From the IMG/VR virus record IMGVR_UViG_3300028591_000072, positions 192,001 to 256,000 of that record: a DNA stretch of 64,000 nt, one strand, 5' to 3'. The translations under genes and the position numbers were made by a program. Below the pieces are notes generated by a model. That model worked only from the letters and a program-made list of their open reading frames with translations. It searched no databases and was not told the DNA's origin. This DNA comes from a virus. Its lineage: Duplodnaviria > Caudoviricetes. The first letter of the stretch is position 1. Every line of letters begins with the position of its first letter. Below, piece by piece: positions 18,643 through 29,800 of the stretch.

Positions 18643-21482
18643 TGACAAAAATATTTTTAGAAGAAAACAGAAGTGTTCGTTCAAATAATGTCGGACATGA
18701 TTTAAATATTGATTTTGATGTTAAAAAACGGCTTTTACCAGATGAAAATCTAGTAGATGACTTTTCTTTATATCAACAATATTTGAGAGAGCGTGATGAG
18801 TGTTGTAAATATAGGATAATATTGAATGTTAATGCCCTTTGTACAAATGTTTTGTTTAATTCAATTACAGAAATTGTCATAGATGAAGGTAGCGATACCT
18901 GCAAATGCCTTAATTTTTTTAATGGTGGTCTTAATAAAGCCACATTTGCAAAAAATGCTGTAAATGCGAAAAATCCAATTAAGTATATTGATGCCATAAG
19001 AAATACAGAATATTCACATCCAAAAAATGGAAAGTTTATTTATCATTGTGGCGTTGATATTTTTAACAATCATATGCTTAGGAAAAAGAATTTTGTTCAT
19101 ATTAATAAAATAAATAATGACAATGTTGAAACCTTAACAAATTGTTCACATGTTTATAATACATTGCAGGATTATTTACGTGATGCAAAAGGAAATATCA
19201 TAAAAGATACAATAAACATTTATCAATCCCAAAATTGGAATGGGGAACAATATAATTATATGCATGTGTATAATACTGATTCTTTGCAGTCGTTAAGAAA
19301 GTCATTTTATGAAAAGTGTTATGATAAAGATGGGTGGTGGGGATTTACAAATCCTGGAATGATTAATATAAACACAACAAGTTCTTCGTCAATATCAACA
19401 AATGAGATGCTTTCAAATAATAAGCCATGCGAGTTTATTGATATGTATCCTGACAGAAGCCTATTTTCTTTTGTTCCAAAATATAACAAAATCAGAAGGC
19501 GTGTAGAAAACAATTGGGATTATTGTATTACTTATCCGAGTTCAAAGGATTATGACCTAATAGATACTATTTGCGGTGGAAAAAACGGTGCTGTTAAGGC
19601 TATGGTAAAAATTGTTACGGCATCAAGTGGCGTAAAATTGCTTCAATGCACTAGTTTTTTTAAACATACATTTACTGTTAGCTCTTATGTTAATTTTTAT
19701 TATTATATGTTATGGGGAGGAGAAAAACCGGAAACTGTTGATACTAAAAATTTCATTAGGCCGTTAAAAACAGAATATTATTCACAAAAGCAAGAAGAAC
19801 AGGAACAAGAAGAATCAAAGCGTGAAGAAGAAATTGAGTACACTGAAGATGATTTGTCGTTTCAAAAATATCAAAAAGAAATACGTATATTTTCAGTTGG
19901 CGATTTAAATGGAAATAATAGGGAGCGTGTTTTTTCTGTTAGGTATGATGATATTAAGGATTTGTATGATAATTTTGCTGCATTTGGGTGCTTTTATAAA
20001 AAGTCTATAAACAATACTGAATGCTCATATTATGCGAGAAAATTTAAAAAAATAAAGAATGATGAAGGTGAAAATTTAATGAGTGATGTAAATAAAACGG
20101 CATTCTCAAAAAACATATATGGGGATGATATTGCTCAAATTATTTTTACTGACGGAGTTGATTTATGCGGTATTAAGGATGAGAATGGAAGAGATGTTTC
20201 TGACATATATTTTACTGTAATTAAAAGGAATGCCGGAAATGAATTGTGGTATAAAGAAAAAAATACGTCAAATTCGAAAATTGAAGAATCCCATTGTTTT
20301 GGTACATTAACAAGTGGAATTGATTTCAGTGGCGTTGATGTGAACGAAGAGCCTTTTGATTATAACGTACATTATTTGCACAATTTGGATGAAACGGTTT
20401 GTTATGATGAAGAGACAAATGTAGAAAACAAGCCGGCAAGAAATACGTTTTCTGCTTGGGGCGATACTATTTTGGCAGGAATGCCTAAGTTTATTGAAAG
20501 CGGAATAACAATAAATAATGACGAATTTTATGGCGATATTGTTGAATTTGACAATTATAATTATGAAACACATGTAATAGGAAACATATGCCATAGGTTT
20601 AATACTGCACAACGAGAATGCTTTGACCTTGCTTTTAGGGACATGAAATACGATGTTATTTCGTATGATGATTATGACCAAGTTAATCTTGGAAGGTCTT
20701 TTACGGTTGATACATATTATTGTAACGATGTTTTTACTAGTCTTCATAAAGTAACAGATACGGCGACTACTGATAATTTGATGTATGCAAATATAATGCC
20801 TGAAGGATATTTTTACAATCCGCATAATAGAATACAAATTAAAGAAGTTGGCTCTGTGCTGCATTCTGATGCCTATTATATAAATTATGGCGAGTGCGAT
20901 TTTAAATTTGATGCAAATGGAATAATGCTCAAGGCTCTTGTTCCTGACGATTACGGGTTTATTAAGGGTGATTATGTGGCAATGTATGACAAAACAAATG
21001 GTGAAATTGTTTGGGGTGTTATATATGGGATTAATGACTTGTGGCTTAGTGTATATATGGGTTATGAAGATTTTTATGGGCTTGACATAGCAAATCATAC
21101 AGATTATTTTTTGCCTGATAATGGCGCTAGACGATATTTTATGTTTTGGACAAAAAATAGTGTTCCTACTTATGCAAAACTTAGTGTTGAAACAAAAACA
21201 TTTTCTTGGAGGAATACATTGAAGATGTCGGAAATTAGAACTGATAGTAAATTTTACGACATGCCATTTTCAAATGGGTACAATTATGTCCAAAAAAACA
21301 TTAACTTTTTTGTTAAACGGCAAGACCCGCATGGCGAATATGGGCTTTCATACCCAAAGTTCAAAGATAATGCGCCTTATGTTTTTAATGTAATGTCAAA
21401 ATATATAATGGAAGGTGCTGACAAAACTGACCTGTCTAAGCATGGTTATGTTGACAATAAGGATTTAAATATTTGTTATTAA
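18633..21482 (+). CDS. Hypothetical virion/baseplate structural protein (start possibly 18642, TAATG overlap)
   Basis: 949-aa ORF translationally coupled within the structural operon; no recognisable catalytic motif. Confidence 0.6.
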   Translation: MGIMTKIFLEENRSVRSNNVGHDLNIDFDVKKRLLPDENLVDDFSLYQQYLRERDECCKYRIILNVNALCTNVLFNSITEIVIDEGSDTCKCLNFFNGGLNKATFAKNAVNAKNPIKYIDAIRNTEYSHPKNGKFIYHCGVDIFNNHMLRKKNFVHINKINNDNVETLTNCSHVYNTLQDYLRDAKGNIIKDTINIYQSQNWNGEQYNYMHVYNTDSLQSLRKSFYEKCYDKDGWWGFTNPGMININTTSSSSISTNEMLSNNKPCEFIDMYPDRSLFSFVPKYNKIRRRVENNWDYCITYPSSKDYDLIDTICGGKNGAVKAMVKIVTASSGVKLLQCTSFFKHTFTVSSYVNFYYYMLWGGEKPETVDTKNFIRPLKTEYYSQKQEEQEQEESKREEEIEYTEDDLSFQKYQKEIRIFSVGDLNGNNRERVFSVRYDDIKDLYDNFAAFGCFYKKSINNTECSYYARKFKKIKNDEGENLMSDVNKTAFSKNIYGDDIAQIIFTDGVDLCGIKDENGRDVSDIYFTVIKRNAGNELWYKEKNTSNSKIEESHCFGTLTSGIDFSGVDVNEEPFDYNVHYLHNLDETVCYDEETNVENKPARNTFSAWGDTILAGMPKFIESGITINNDEFYGDIVEFDNYNYETHVIGNICHRFNTAQRECFDLAFRDMKYDVISYDDYDQVNLGRSFTVDTYYCNDVFTSLHKVTDTATTDNLMYANIMPEGYFYNPHNRIQIKEVGSVLHSDAYYINYGECDFKFDANGIMLKALVPDDYGFIKGDYVAMYDKTNGEIVWGVIYGINDLWLSVYMGYEDFYGLDIANHTDYFLPDNGARRYFMFWTKNSVPTYAKLSVETKTFSWRNTLKMSEIRTDSKFYDMPFSNGYNYVQKNINFFVKRQDPHGEYGLSYPKFKDNAPYVFNVMSKYIMEGADKTDLSKHGYVDNKDLNICY

Positions 21483-21483
21483 T

Positions 21484-23430
21484 ATGGATTCTGTAAAAAT
21501 AAACATTAATGCGCCAACAAATGGGATGGTTAAGCTAAATATTGCTACTATAACAGAAAAAAACGGTGAATTGAACATTAAATTAAGTGATAACGCTTGC
21601 TATTCGATAAATCCTGGCGATAAACTATATTTCAGAAGAATAGTTAGATGTAAAAACAGTGACGTTGTTTATGAAGAGTTTGTTATTGTCAAGGAAGAAG
21701 ATTCTGACCATGTATTGCATACAACATTGCTTGAGAACAGAAAAACATTTCTTGAAGATAATTTTTTTAATGTAAAATATAATGAGAATGAATTATATCA
21801 TATAATTTGGTGTTCAGAACCACATTATTTATATGGGCAAGATATAGAAGAAAGCGGAAATCAGGCGATTTATTTTAAGAAATTAGACGGTTCTATTGTT
21901 GGTACATGTAGCGGAATCAGGCCATTAAACATCTATAGGAAAGATGAATTTATCAAAGATGATTGCTTTGTTTATAGCGATTTTGAAGAAACTTGTGGCA
22001 AAGAATATGGACGTGTTGAAACAAAACATTATCATTTTTTGCCTGATGGCGAAAGTAGATTTGGGTTTATTTTGACTGATTTCAATGAATTCGAGATACC
22101 GAATGCTGATTATATAGAAACTAAGTTTAATCCGTTTTATTATTACACAATGAAGATGGGAATACCTAAAGGACAAGATGAAGAGCATTGGCAACAAGAA
22201 GAACAACGTGGAAAACAACAAGCAACAATTGAAGCATCTTTAGTCCCAATAGAATTTGATGATTATGGAAAACCAATAAAGCATTGCCATTTATATGGCG
22301 ATGTGTGGTTTGATTCACTTAATGATTCTGACAATGTTAAGTATGTTAATGATTATTATAACAGTGTTAACGTCATTGCTGATGAAGAATATTATTCCGT
22401 AACACTTGGATTATCTGGTGATATGAATGAATCTACGTTGGGAAATGAAGATTATTTTTCAGAACAATTTTCTGAAAATATTGAAGAAACATTAATACCT
22501 GAGTTTATTGATATGGAACGTGTTAAATATGTTCCTTATGGAAGAAGATACACTGGACATCCATTGACTTCAATAACAATTTATCCTCATTTTAGACAAA
22601 GGGCAATTATTGATGAAGAAAATAATACAAATACACAGTCAACATCAGGAAATATGTATTATGATGGGTGGTATGTTGATTCTGACAACTATAATGCCTA
22701 TTGGAATGGATATTATGGCAATGGAAGTGTTGAATCAATAAATGAATTTGTTGATGCCAGTGGAAAAACATCTGATTTGATTGGATTTCTTAATTTTACT
22801 GATAATGACATTTATTATAGAAAAAATAAAGTTAGTAAATCATTTTTCAGGTTTTCTTTTTATAATTCAACAGACCCAATTGAACAAAAATTACTTTATT
22901 ATTCAACTGTATTTATTGACAGTGGCGAACTTTTAAGTAAATTTTTAAAGCAAAGTGCATTTATCCAAGATTCATTGGGCGAAAATGTAATTATTAATGA
23001 TATAAATCTTGATGAAGATGGAAATTGCAAAAATGAAAATGTGAAAGTTGTTTTTTGTGAAAATAAAAATGTTGGTGCAAGAATTGATTCAACAATAGCA
23101 ATTACAAACGAATATGAAAGAAGCAGGTCATCAGAAGGGTTTAATTTGTATTTGTTTGCTGATGATGTCCCGGAAGGAAATGAAGGAAAAACTATTTATA
23201 TGAAAATTGAGTTCAATCATGCTGGTAATGGAAAAACAATACCAATGATTGTTCTTCCAACGACAGAAAAACTTACAACAAAGAATTTCTTTGAATATCT
23301 TTACATACCAATTAAAATTGAAAAGTACAATGGAAAATATGTTTATAGAATAATGAAGGCCTATGACCATAGTAATGGTAATGCTGACCTATGCTTATTT
23401 GAAGCCAAACTTGAATATGAAGACGATTAA
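21484..23430 (+). CDS. Hypothetical virion structural protein
   Basis: 648-aa ORF, 1-nt gap from the previous gene; C-terminal KSFFRFSFYNSTDPIEQKLL / IYMKIEFNHAGNGK. Confidence 0.6.
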   Translation: MDSVKININAPTNGMVKLNIATITEKNGELNIKLSDNACYSINPGDKLYFRRIVRCKNSDVVYEEFVIVKEEDSDHVLHTTLLENRKTFLEDNFFNVKYNENELYHIIWCSEPHYLYGQDIEESGNQAIYFKKLDGSIVGTCSGIRPLNIYRKDEFIKDDCFVYSDFEETCGKEYGRVETKHYHFLPDGESRFGFILTDFNEFEIPNADYIETKFNPFYYYTMKMGIPKGQDEEHWQQEEQRGKQQATIEASLVPIEFDDYGKPIKHCHLYGDVWFDSLNDSDNVKYVNDYYNSVNVIADEEYYSVTLGLSGDMNESTLGNEDYFSEQFSENIEETLIPEFIDMERVKYVPYGRRYTGHPLTSITIYPHFRQRAIIDEENNTNTQSTSGNMYYDGWYVDSDNYNAYWNGYYGNGSVESINEFVDASGKTSDLIGFLNFTDNDIYYRKNKVSKSFFRFSFYNSTDPIEQKLLYYSTVFIDSGELLSKFLKQSAFIQDSLGENVIINDINLDEDGNCKNENVKVVFCENKNVGARIDSTIAITNEYERSRSSEGFNLYLFADDVPEGNEGKTIYMKIEFNHAGNGKTIPMIVLPTTEKLTTKNFFEYLYIPIKIEKYNGKYVYRIMKAYDHSNGNADLCLFEAKLEYEDD

Positions 23431-23432
23431 AA

Positions 23433-26009
23433 ATGGAAATAATACGAAAGAAAATATGCTTTGACAAACTTTTGAGCCATAGGAATGGAATTGTTCCATA
23501 TGTACCAAAAGATTGTGATTATGTTGGGACTGAGTATGTAAAAACAATTTTTTCAAAAAGTAATTATGGGTCTTTTCCTTGTGATGTGGCTTTAATAAAT
23601 TCAAAACTCGTTTCTGATACTGAAACAGGCTTGTCTTATAGGGAAAACAGGGAGATTTCAAGACTTAGATATCTTGATGTTATTTCTTGGTATAACACAT
23701 GTAATGAAATAGTAAAAAACGGAATTGTCCTAAAAAAAATACCATATAACAAAGCAAATACAGACCCGTGCAATAAGCAAACACAAAATACAGATATACA
23801 AGCGTATGATTTAATTGGGTGGACTGAAGATGAAGAAGTTTCAATGTATAATTGTAAAATGGTTGATGGTGATTTTTTGAATTTTGATTCAAATGGTGTA
23901 TTTGTTATTTGTGAAGATGTCATTAATAAGTATAGCGATTTGTCATTAAGGTATGGACCTGAATTTGATGCAAGCGAAATGTCTGACGAAGATAATAGTT
24001 TTATTAGCAAGTACAATATGTTTGTAGGTGAAAATTATGACGGGATACTTTTTACTGATGAAAACATCTTTATTGTTAATGGATACGATGACTATTTTAA
24101 ATTAGAAAGAAATTGGAATTCTTGGTGGTCTAAAAATTGGGGGTATTGTTCTTTTAATCCAAGTCATGTTGAAGTTGAAGACCACGATAATTTTCCTGTT
24201 GTTCGTTCAACTGACAATAGTTTTTCTTATACTGATTGGGAACAGTATGTGTTTGAATACGCATATCATAAGCCGATTTCGCTAAAATTTATATATGATG
24301 TTGAAAAATATTTTTTGGGGCGTGTTAAAGTTCCTGAATCCTATTCAGGAAAAAAAATAGAAGGTGTTAAGGTTCCAAATTATGTTTTTTATTTTAATTA
24401 TATGGACTATTTGGAGTGGTTTAATACAAATGAAGAGTATTTGGACTCAAATGATGTAGTTAGAACAGAATGGGAAAAACGTGGAGGATATGCGTTTAAA
24501 AATTTTTTGTCTTCAATTTTTCCTGTTTTTCTTGATGATAATGATGAGCCATTAGAAGGAAGTGTTGCGTATTTTAGATTTGTGTCTCCAAATATTGAAA
24601 TACAAATTTCATTTTGTGATGAATTTAATAATGAAACAAGTTATATCCCTTATGAATATTCGATAGTTGATAATAATGTAACGAATGGAACTATTGAATA
24701 CGTAAAGGGCGAAGAAGGTCTTGCTTGTTCTGCGTTAACGCCTTCATTTATGACATTTGACAAGAGCGTATATACAGAATCAAAGTTGAATACACTTATT
24801 TCAAATGATGTTTATTACATTAATAATGATATCTATGGTGTGTTTGATAATTTTGATAGTGGCGGATGTTTGTTTAAGTGTAAATTTTTCACCGGAAAAT
24901 CAGAAGGTGACATTAGTAAATACACGAGTGGGTATGTTAAGTACTACGCAAAGCAGAGCGATGATACGTGGAATGAAATAAAAACGGTTATAATTCCTGA
25001 AAAATATATTGAAACGACAAAGCCTGATGTTCTTCCAAAAACGCATTCAAATGCATATCAAGTTGTTGGAATAAAAAGCGGAAGCGTTATAACTACGACA
25101 TCGGTAATTCAAACTTCTGAAGGTTCTCCTTATTATGTTGATGAAGATAAACTCAAGATTGTGTCTGCTATAACAACATATAATAAAACATCAAAAATCT
25201 CATATACATGGTGTGAATGTGAAAAAGTAAGTAATACAACCGGAATTGGGTGTGGGGATGGCGAAAATATTGAGTTTAATGGCTCCAATAAATATAGGAA
25301 TATTTTAACACTATCTTGTGCCCCAAGTGTATCTGAAAATATATCAAATGGCTCAACATATTATTACATGGCAAAGTATGATAATGGATATACTGATATT
25401 GGTGGTGGACAAGAAATAAATTCAAAGACAAATAAAATAAAATCATTTAGGGTTCCATTTGTCGTTGGTGAACAAAAGAATATGGAAACATATTCAGGCG
25501 ATTTTTCTAATGTTGCAAAGTATGATATGGTTTTAAAACAATCGTTTGATGATAGTGGAGTTACGTTTGACTATGTAATTGGTGCAACTCTTGGAGGGGA
25601 TGTTAATAAGACAGGAATCCATTATATGGATAGATATCAATATGGAGGAAATGTGTTTGTTAAAACTGTTATTGATGGCTTGTATGAAGCGGATATTCTT
25701 TATGAAAAAATAAATTTTGAAAACAATATGAAATTGGTATATAGTGAAGACTTAAATGCAAATAGAATGTGTAATGTTGCTGAAATAACAGGAATGGAAG
25801 TTGGAACACAATGGACAAGCGAAAGTTCTGTTTTTGCCTATTTATTTACAGAAGATACATTTGACAATTTGATGGAATATCCTAAGATATCTGTTGATAT
25901 ATCATATAATAGGGGGAATGCTGCTGCTTGGGAAAAACATTTTAAATTGTCTGAATGCAACACATTTGATGATTTAATTAACTATGGGAATAATTATTTT
26001 AATTTATAA
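23433..26009 (+). CDS. Hypothetical virion structural protein
   Basis: 858-aa ORF coupled in the operon. Confidence 0.6.
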   Translation: MEIIRKKICFDKLLSHRNGIVPYVPKDCDYVGTEYVKTIFSKSNYGSFPCDVALINSKLVSDTETGLSYRENREISRLRYLDVISWYNTCNEIVKNGIVLKKIPYNKANTDPCNKQTQNTDIQAYDLIGWTEDEEVSMYNCKMVDGDFLNFDSNGVFVICEDVINKYSDLSLRYGPEFDASEMSDEDNSFISKYNMFVGENYDGILFTDENIFIVNGYDDYFKLERNWNSWWSKNWGYCSFNPSHVEVEDHDNFPVVRSTDNSFSYTDWEQYVFEYAYHKPISLKFIYDVEKYFLGRVKVPESYSGKKIEGVKVPNYVFYFNYMDYLEWFNTNEEYLDSNDVVRTEWEKRGGYAFKNFLSSIFPVFLDDNDEPLEGSVAYFRFVSPNIEIQISFCDEFNNETSYIPYEYSIVDNNVTNGTIEYVKGEEGLACSALTPSFMTFDKSVYTESKLNTLISNDVYYINNDIYGVFDNFDSGGCLFKCKFFTGKSEGDISKYTSGYVKYYAKQSDDTWNEIKTVIIPEKYIETTKPDVLPKTHSNAYQVVGIKSGSVITTTSVIQTSEGSPYYVDEDKLKIVSAITTYNKTSKISYTWCECEKVSNTTGIGCGDGENIEFNGSNKYRNILTLSCAPSVSENISNGSTYYYMAKYDNGYTDIGGGQEINSKTNKIKSFRVPFVVGEQKNMETYSGDFSNVAKYDMVLKQSFDDSGVTFDYVIGATLGGDVNKTGIHYMDRYQYGGNVFVKTVIDGLYEADILYEKINFENNMKLVYSEDLNANRMCNVAEITGMEVGTQWTSESSVFAYLFTEDTFDNLMEYPKISVDISYNRGNAAAWEKHFKLSECNTFDDLINYGNNYFNL

Positions 26010-26015
26010 TATGTA

Positions 26016-26873
26016 ATGAGTACAGGAGTTTTTGGTTCAATAAGGCCGGCAAGTATAAATCCAAGCCTTGATGTTGAAATGTATTATCAATATAAGCCAT
26101 CAAGAGGCGAAACTGATAGCGATTTTAACGGGTATAAGTCGTTATCTCCAAGCGAGTGCCTTTCTTATTGTGTTAGGGATTCAGATGAAAAAAACATAAT
26201 TGGATTGTATAATTTGAAATTACCGTTAAAGTATTTTAACAAAAAGGGGATTTATAGTATATATATAAAGCCAAAGGAATGTGAAACAACAATAATTGAT
26301 GTTAGTGTTCTTGCTGCGTATCCAAACGTAAAAGGCGTAGTTTTAAATATTAATGGTGGTGACTTGAATGGACTTACAGATTTGACTGGATATAGGATAG
26401 ATTACGGAGATGGGGTTTCTAGACTGATAAAATCTTGTAATAGATGTGAGCCTGTTATTGTTAATACTGGTGATGGGTATCCTAAAACCACAAGATATAA
26501 TTTAACTGATACAAGCAGTAATTTGGTGTTCTGCACGGTTAGTCCTTCTTCAGCACCAACATTTAAGACAAACGCAAATCCGTATATAGGGGAGCCTGGC
26601 CTTTCTGTTAAGGTTGTTAATACAAAATTTAGCCCAAAACTGATTGAAATAGAAATGGTGGACCATGATGCGGACACAATATCATATATGCTTGAAGGTG
26701 ACCAAGCTAATGATAGGGATAATGCTATGATTACAACTTATAACGAAAAGCATGAAATATATCATCAATCAGATTATTATGTACTTAAGGATAGACTAGG
26801 AAATCCTTTATACAATGTAAAGAAAAAGAGAACAAATATAGACCATAGTCAAGATTACGAAAATATAATATAA
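26016..26873 (+). CDS. Hypothetical phage structural protein (baseplate region)
   Basis: 285-aa ORF coupled in the operon. Confidence 0.6.
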   Translation: MSTGVFGSIRPASINPSLDVEMYYQYKPSRGETDSDFNGYKSLSPSECLSYCVRDSDEKNIIGLYNLKLPLKYFNKKGIYSIYIKPKECETTIIDVSVLAAYPNVKGVVLNINGGDLNGLTDLTGYRIDYGDGVSRLIKSCNRCEPVIVNTGDGYPKTTRYNLTDTSSNLVFCTVSPSSAPTFKTNANPYIGEPGLSVKVVNTKFSPKLIEIEMVDHDADTISYMLEGDQANDRDNAMITTYNEKHEIYHQSDYYVLKDRLGNPLYNVKKKRTNIDHSQDYENII

Positions 26874-26874
26874 T

Positions 26875-29800
26875 ATGTCAAGAAAAGATAATTTAATAAA
26901 AAGCAAGTCAATATATACATTAAGGAGTAAACATACTATTATTCCTAATGGAACTATATTTGAAAATGACCATGTAACAATAGTCCCAAATGACGGTATA
27001 TATAATGATGATATGCCGTTGTTTTCCGATTCAAATTTTAAATTTAGAATAGGCGTTGGCGGAAGAGGGAAGAAAAAGCACGCAAGAGGCGGGTTTATTG
27101 GTACAGATGGGAGCAATGAAAATGTGTGGACATTGGAAAATCTTCCAGAAACCAGAATTTCAACAGATGGAAAAATAAAGTTAAAGCCAAATTATTCTTC
27201 AATGAAGGATTTCGCATATTATGGCTCAGCTGTTGAACTTTTGAGGGCGACAGTTAATGACATAATAATGAGATATCCAGGTGGACTATATTATTATAAT
27301 GGAGAAAAAGCGCCTAAAATAAAAATCGGAAACAAACAATATTATTTAGTTTCCAATGAATTTAACATTGATTTTTGGTCACCAATGGGGTGTTCCACTG
27401 ATGGGATTGATAATCCGATGCGTGTTCTTGGCGCAAGTTATATGAATTATGTTGATGGCGATGGAAATCCAATTGCGCTTAATGTGTGTATAACAGGCGA
27501 TTGCCTTGATTCTGTTATAGGACGTGTTTCATTTAAAAATTTAAATAACAATAAAGTTAATACAAGAAATTCAGATGATGAAATACTTGGCAAAAGCATC
27601 AATGCAAATAGTATTATTTATTATTTAACTATTACAGCAAAAACAGGGAATTACGGATGGAAAAATGAAATTGGGGAATCTGATTCTGCTGATGAAGATG
27701 TAAGGGGTCCCGTTTCAACTACACAAGCAAGCGACAACACTCACGTGAATTCATCGGTTATTTATGTTCCGTTAAAGCAAAAGCAAATAACATTTGTTGC
27801 TACAACTAGTGAAAACGGAACATTGGTTGCAAACGTTTTTACTGATAATGACGGAATTGCAAGTGTTTCTGTGCAAGCAGAAGGTAACGGGCTGTGGGAA
27901 GGAAATGGAGATGCAAGCGATATTATCCGTTGGGTTGCATATTATGCAGATAACACAAATACGTATTATAATTATTCGGGAACAAGAATTATTAGTGATA
28001 ATGAATTTGATGATGAAATAATTGTGATGAAAAACACAAATCAAACGATTCATTATCCGTTAAGTGTGTGGGCTTTCTTCTGTGGAACAAAAAACCCGAT
28101 TGAGGGTGCAACGGTCAATTTTTATATGGCATCTAATGAAATTACTGGTGCAAAAGTAAAAACTGCAATAACAGATGGGGATGGGTTTGCATACTTTAGG
28201 CCTGAAGATTTTGGCGATAATATTCAATCAATATTTAATGAACCGCCAACAACATGGTATTCAGAAGTTATTTATAATGGCGAAATAAAAATAACGAATA
28301 TATTAAGTGTAACGTCTTCTACATATGGATATGCCTGTTTTGATAGCGATGAGCATAATGCATCATTTATAAGTATAAAAGTGACCGGACTATTAAATAC
28401 TAATGGTAATGTTGGGGCTGGGAATGAATCTTGTATTAATTTTTATGACGCTGATAATCAAAAATATACTATTCGTGGCGTAACTGATGAAAACGGCTCT
28501 TTTAACGTTTTTGAAGAAACGTTTCATTCTTCGTTTCCAACTGTAAATCCAATTAGAGCAAATGGAGAAATAACATATAATGATGAGATAAAAGAAAGTA
28601 CGTTTGTGTTTCTTTTTGAATATGCGAATGTTCCACAAAATCATAATGTAACTGTATATTTTGATGAAAAGCCTGAAATTGGCACAAAAACGTTAATGTG
28701 TGATGTGTTATACGATTCATCATACAGGGACCCGGTTGAAGGTGCTAATGTCGTTTTTACTGTTTATACAGACAAGAGTAATTATACATATACGGCAACA
28801 GTAACTACAAATTCTAAAGGCCTTGCGTCTATTGACATACCTTCAGATGATTGGGTTGGGAATGGCTCAATTGATGAACTTGCAATTGATGGCAATAGAT
28901 GGGACGTTTCATGTTTGTATAATTCATATAGATATTACGGAAATCCAAGAACATTGTTAATTAAAAATGAGCAGTATAGAAATACAATTATAGTTGAAAA
29001 AAAGAAAAATTGGTCTTATATTACTGTAAGGGCAAAAAATAACTTATCAATGCTTCAAGGTGCGATGTGCACTGTTTGTGCATCCACAAAAAGTTGCGGT
29101 GAATTTTCGTATTATTCTGTTGGCCAAACAGATAGTAGCGGTACTTTAAAGATTTCAAACAATATTTCTGATTGGAATAAATTTCCAAGGGCACCACAAG
29201 CAAATCCTAATGACTTTATTTATTGGAAGGCAAGTGCCAGGTATCACGGAACCGGCCCAATGAATCAGATGGAAAGTTGCGAAACTTTTGAAGGCAATGG
29301 CTCATATGTTTTTGTGTTTAAGAATGATGAGCCAAATGTTCCTCAAGTTCAGGAATGCAATGGGATGAATGATAGTAATTCGTTTCTTATTTATTTAAAT
29401 GGGAATGGTGAAAAGTTGTTATTAAGTCCAAATAAAGGCGTTAATTTCAATAATAGTGTTATTATAGAGCCAAAAAAAGAAATAATTGATGAATTTTGGG
29501 AAACTATAGATGATTTTGAAAATGTTTTGTTGAATAGAAATTCACGACCAATTTATAAGGCCGTATTGGAAACCCCATATGTCGAAAATGGAAAACATAT
29601 TTATGATTATAGGTCATATGTTTGGCCAACAATAAATGGATATGTTCCAGACATAACAAGTAGTTCATTTAAAGGGTATTTGTCAAAATTAATGGAGATT
29701 GCGGAATATCATGACACATATGATTCCGATAATTTATGGAGAATGATGACACATGATTCAATTAAAAATTTAGATAGAAGTGGAATTGTGTTTTCTGATA

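Noticed and set aside
20307-21098. 263-aa minus-strand ORF
   Set aside because: Antisense shadow of the 949-aa structural gene; Ile-rich composition typical of reverse-frame AT-rich sequence.
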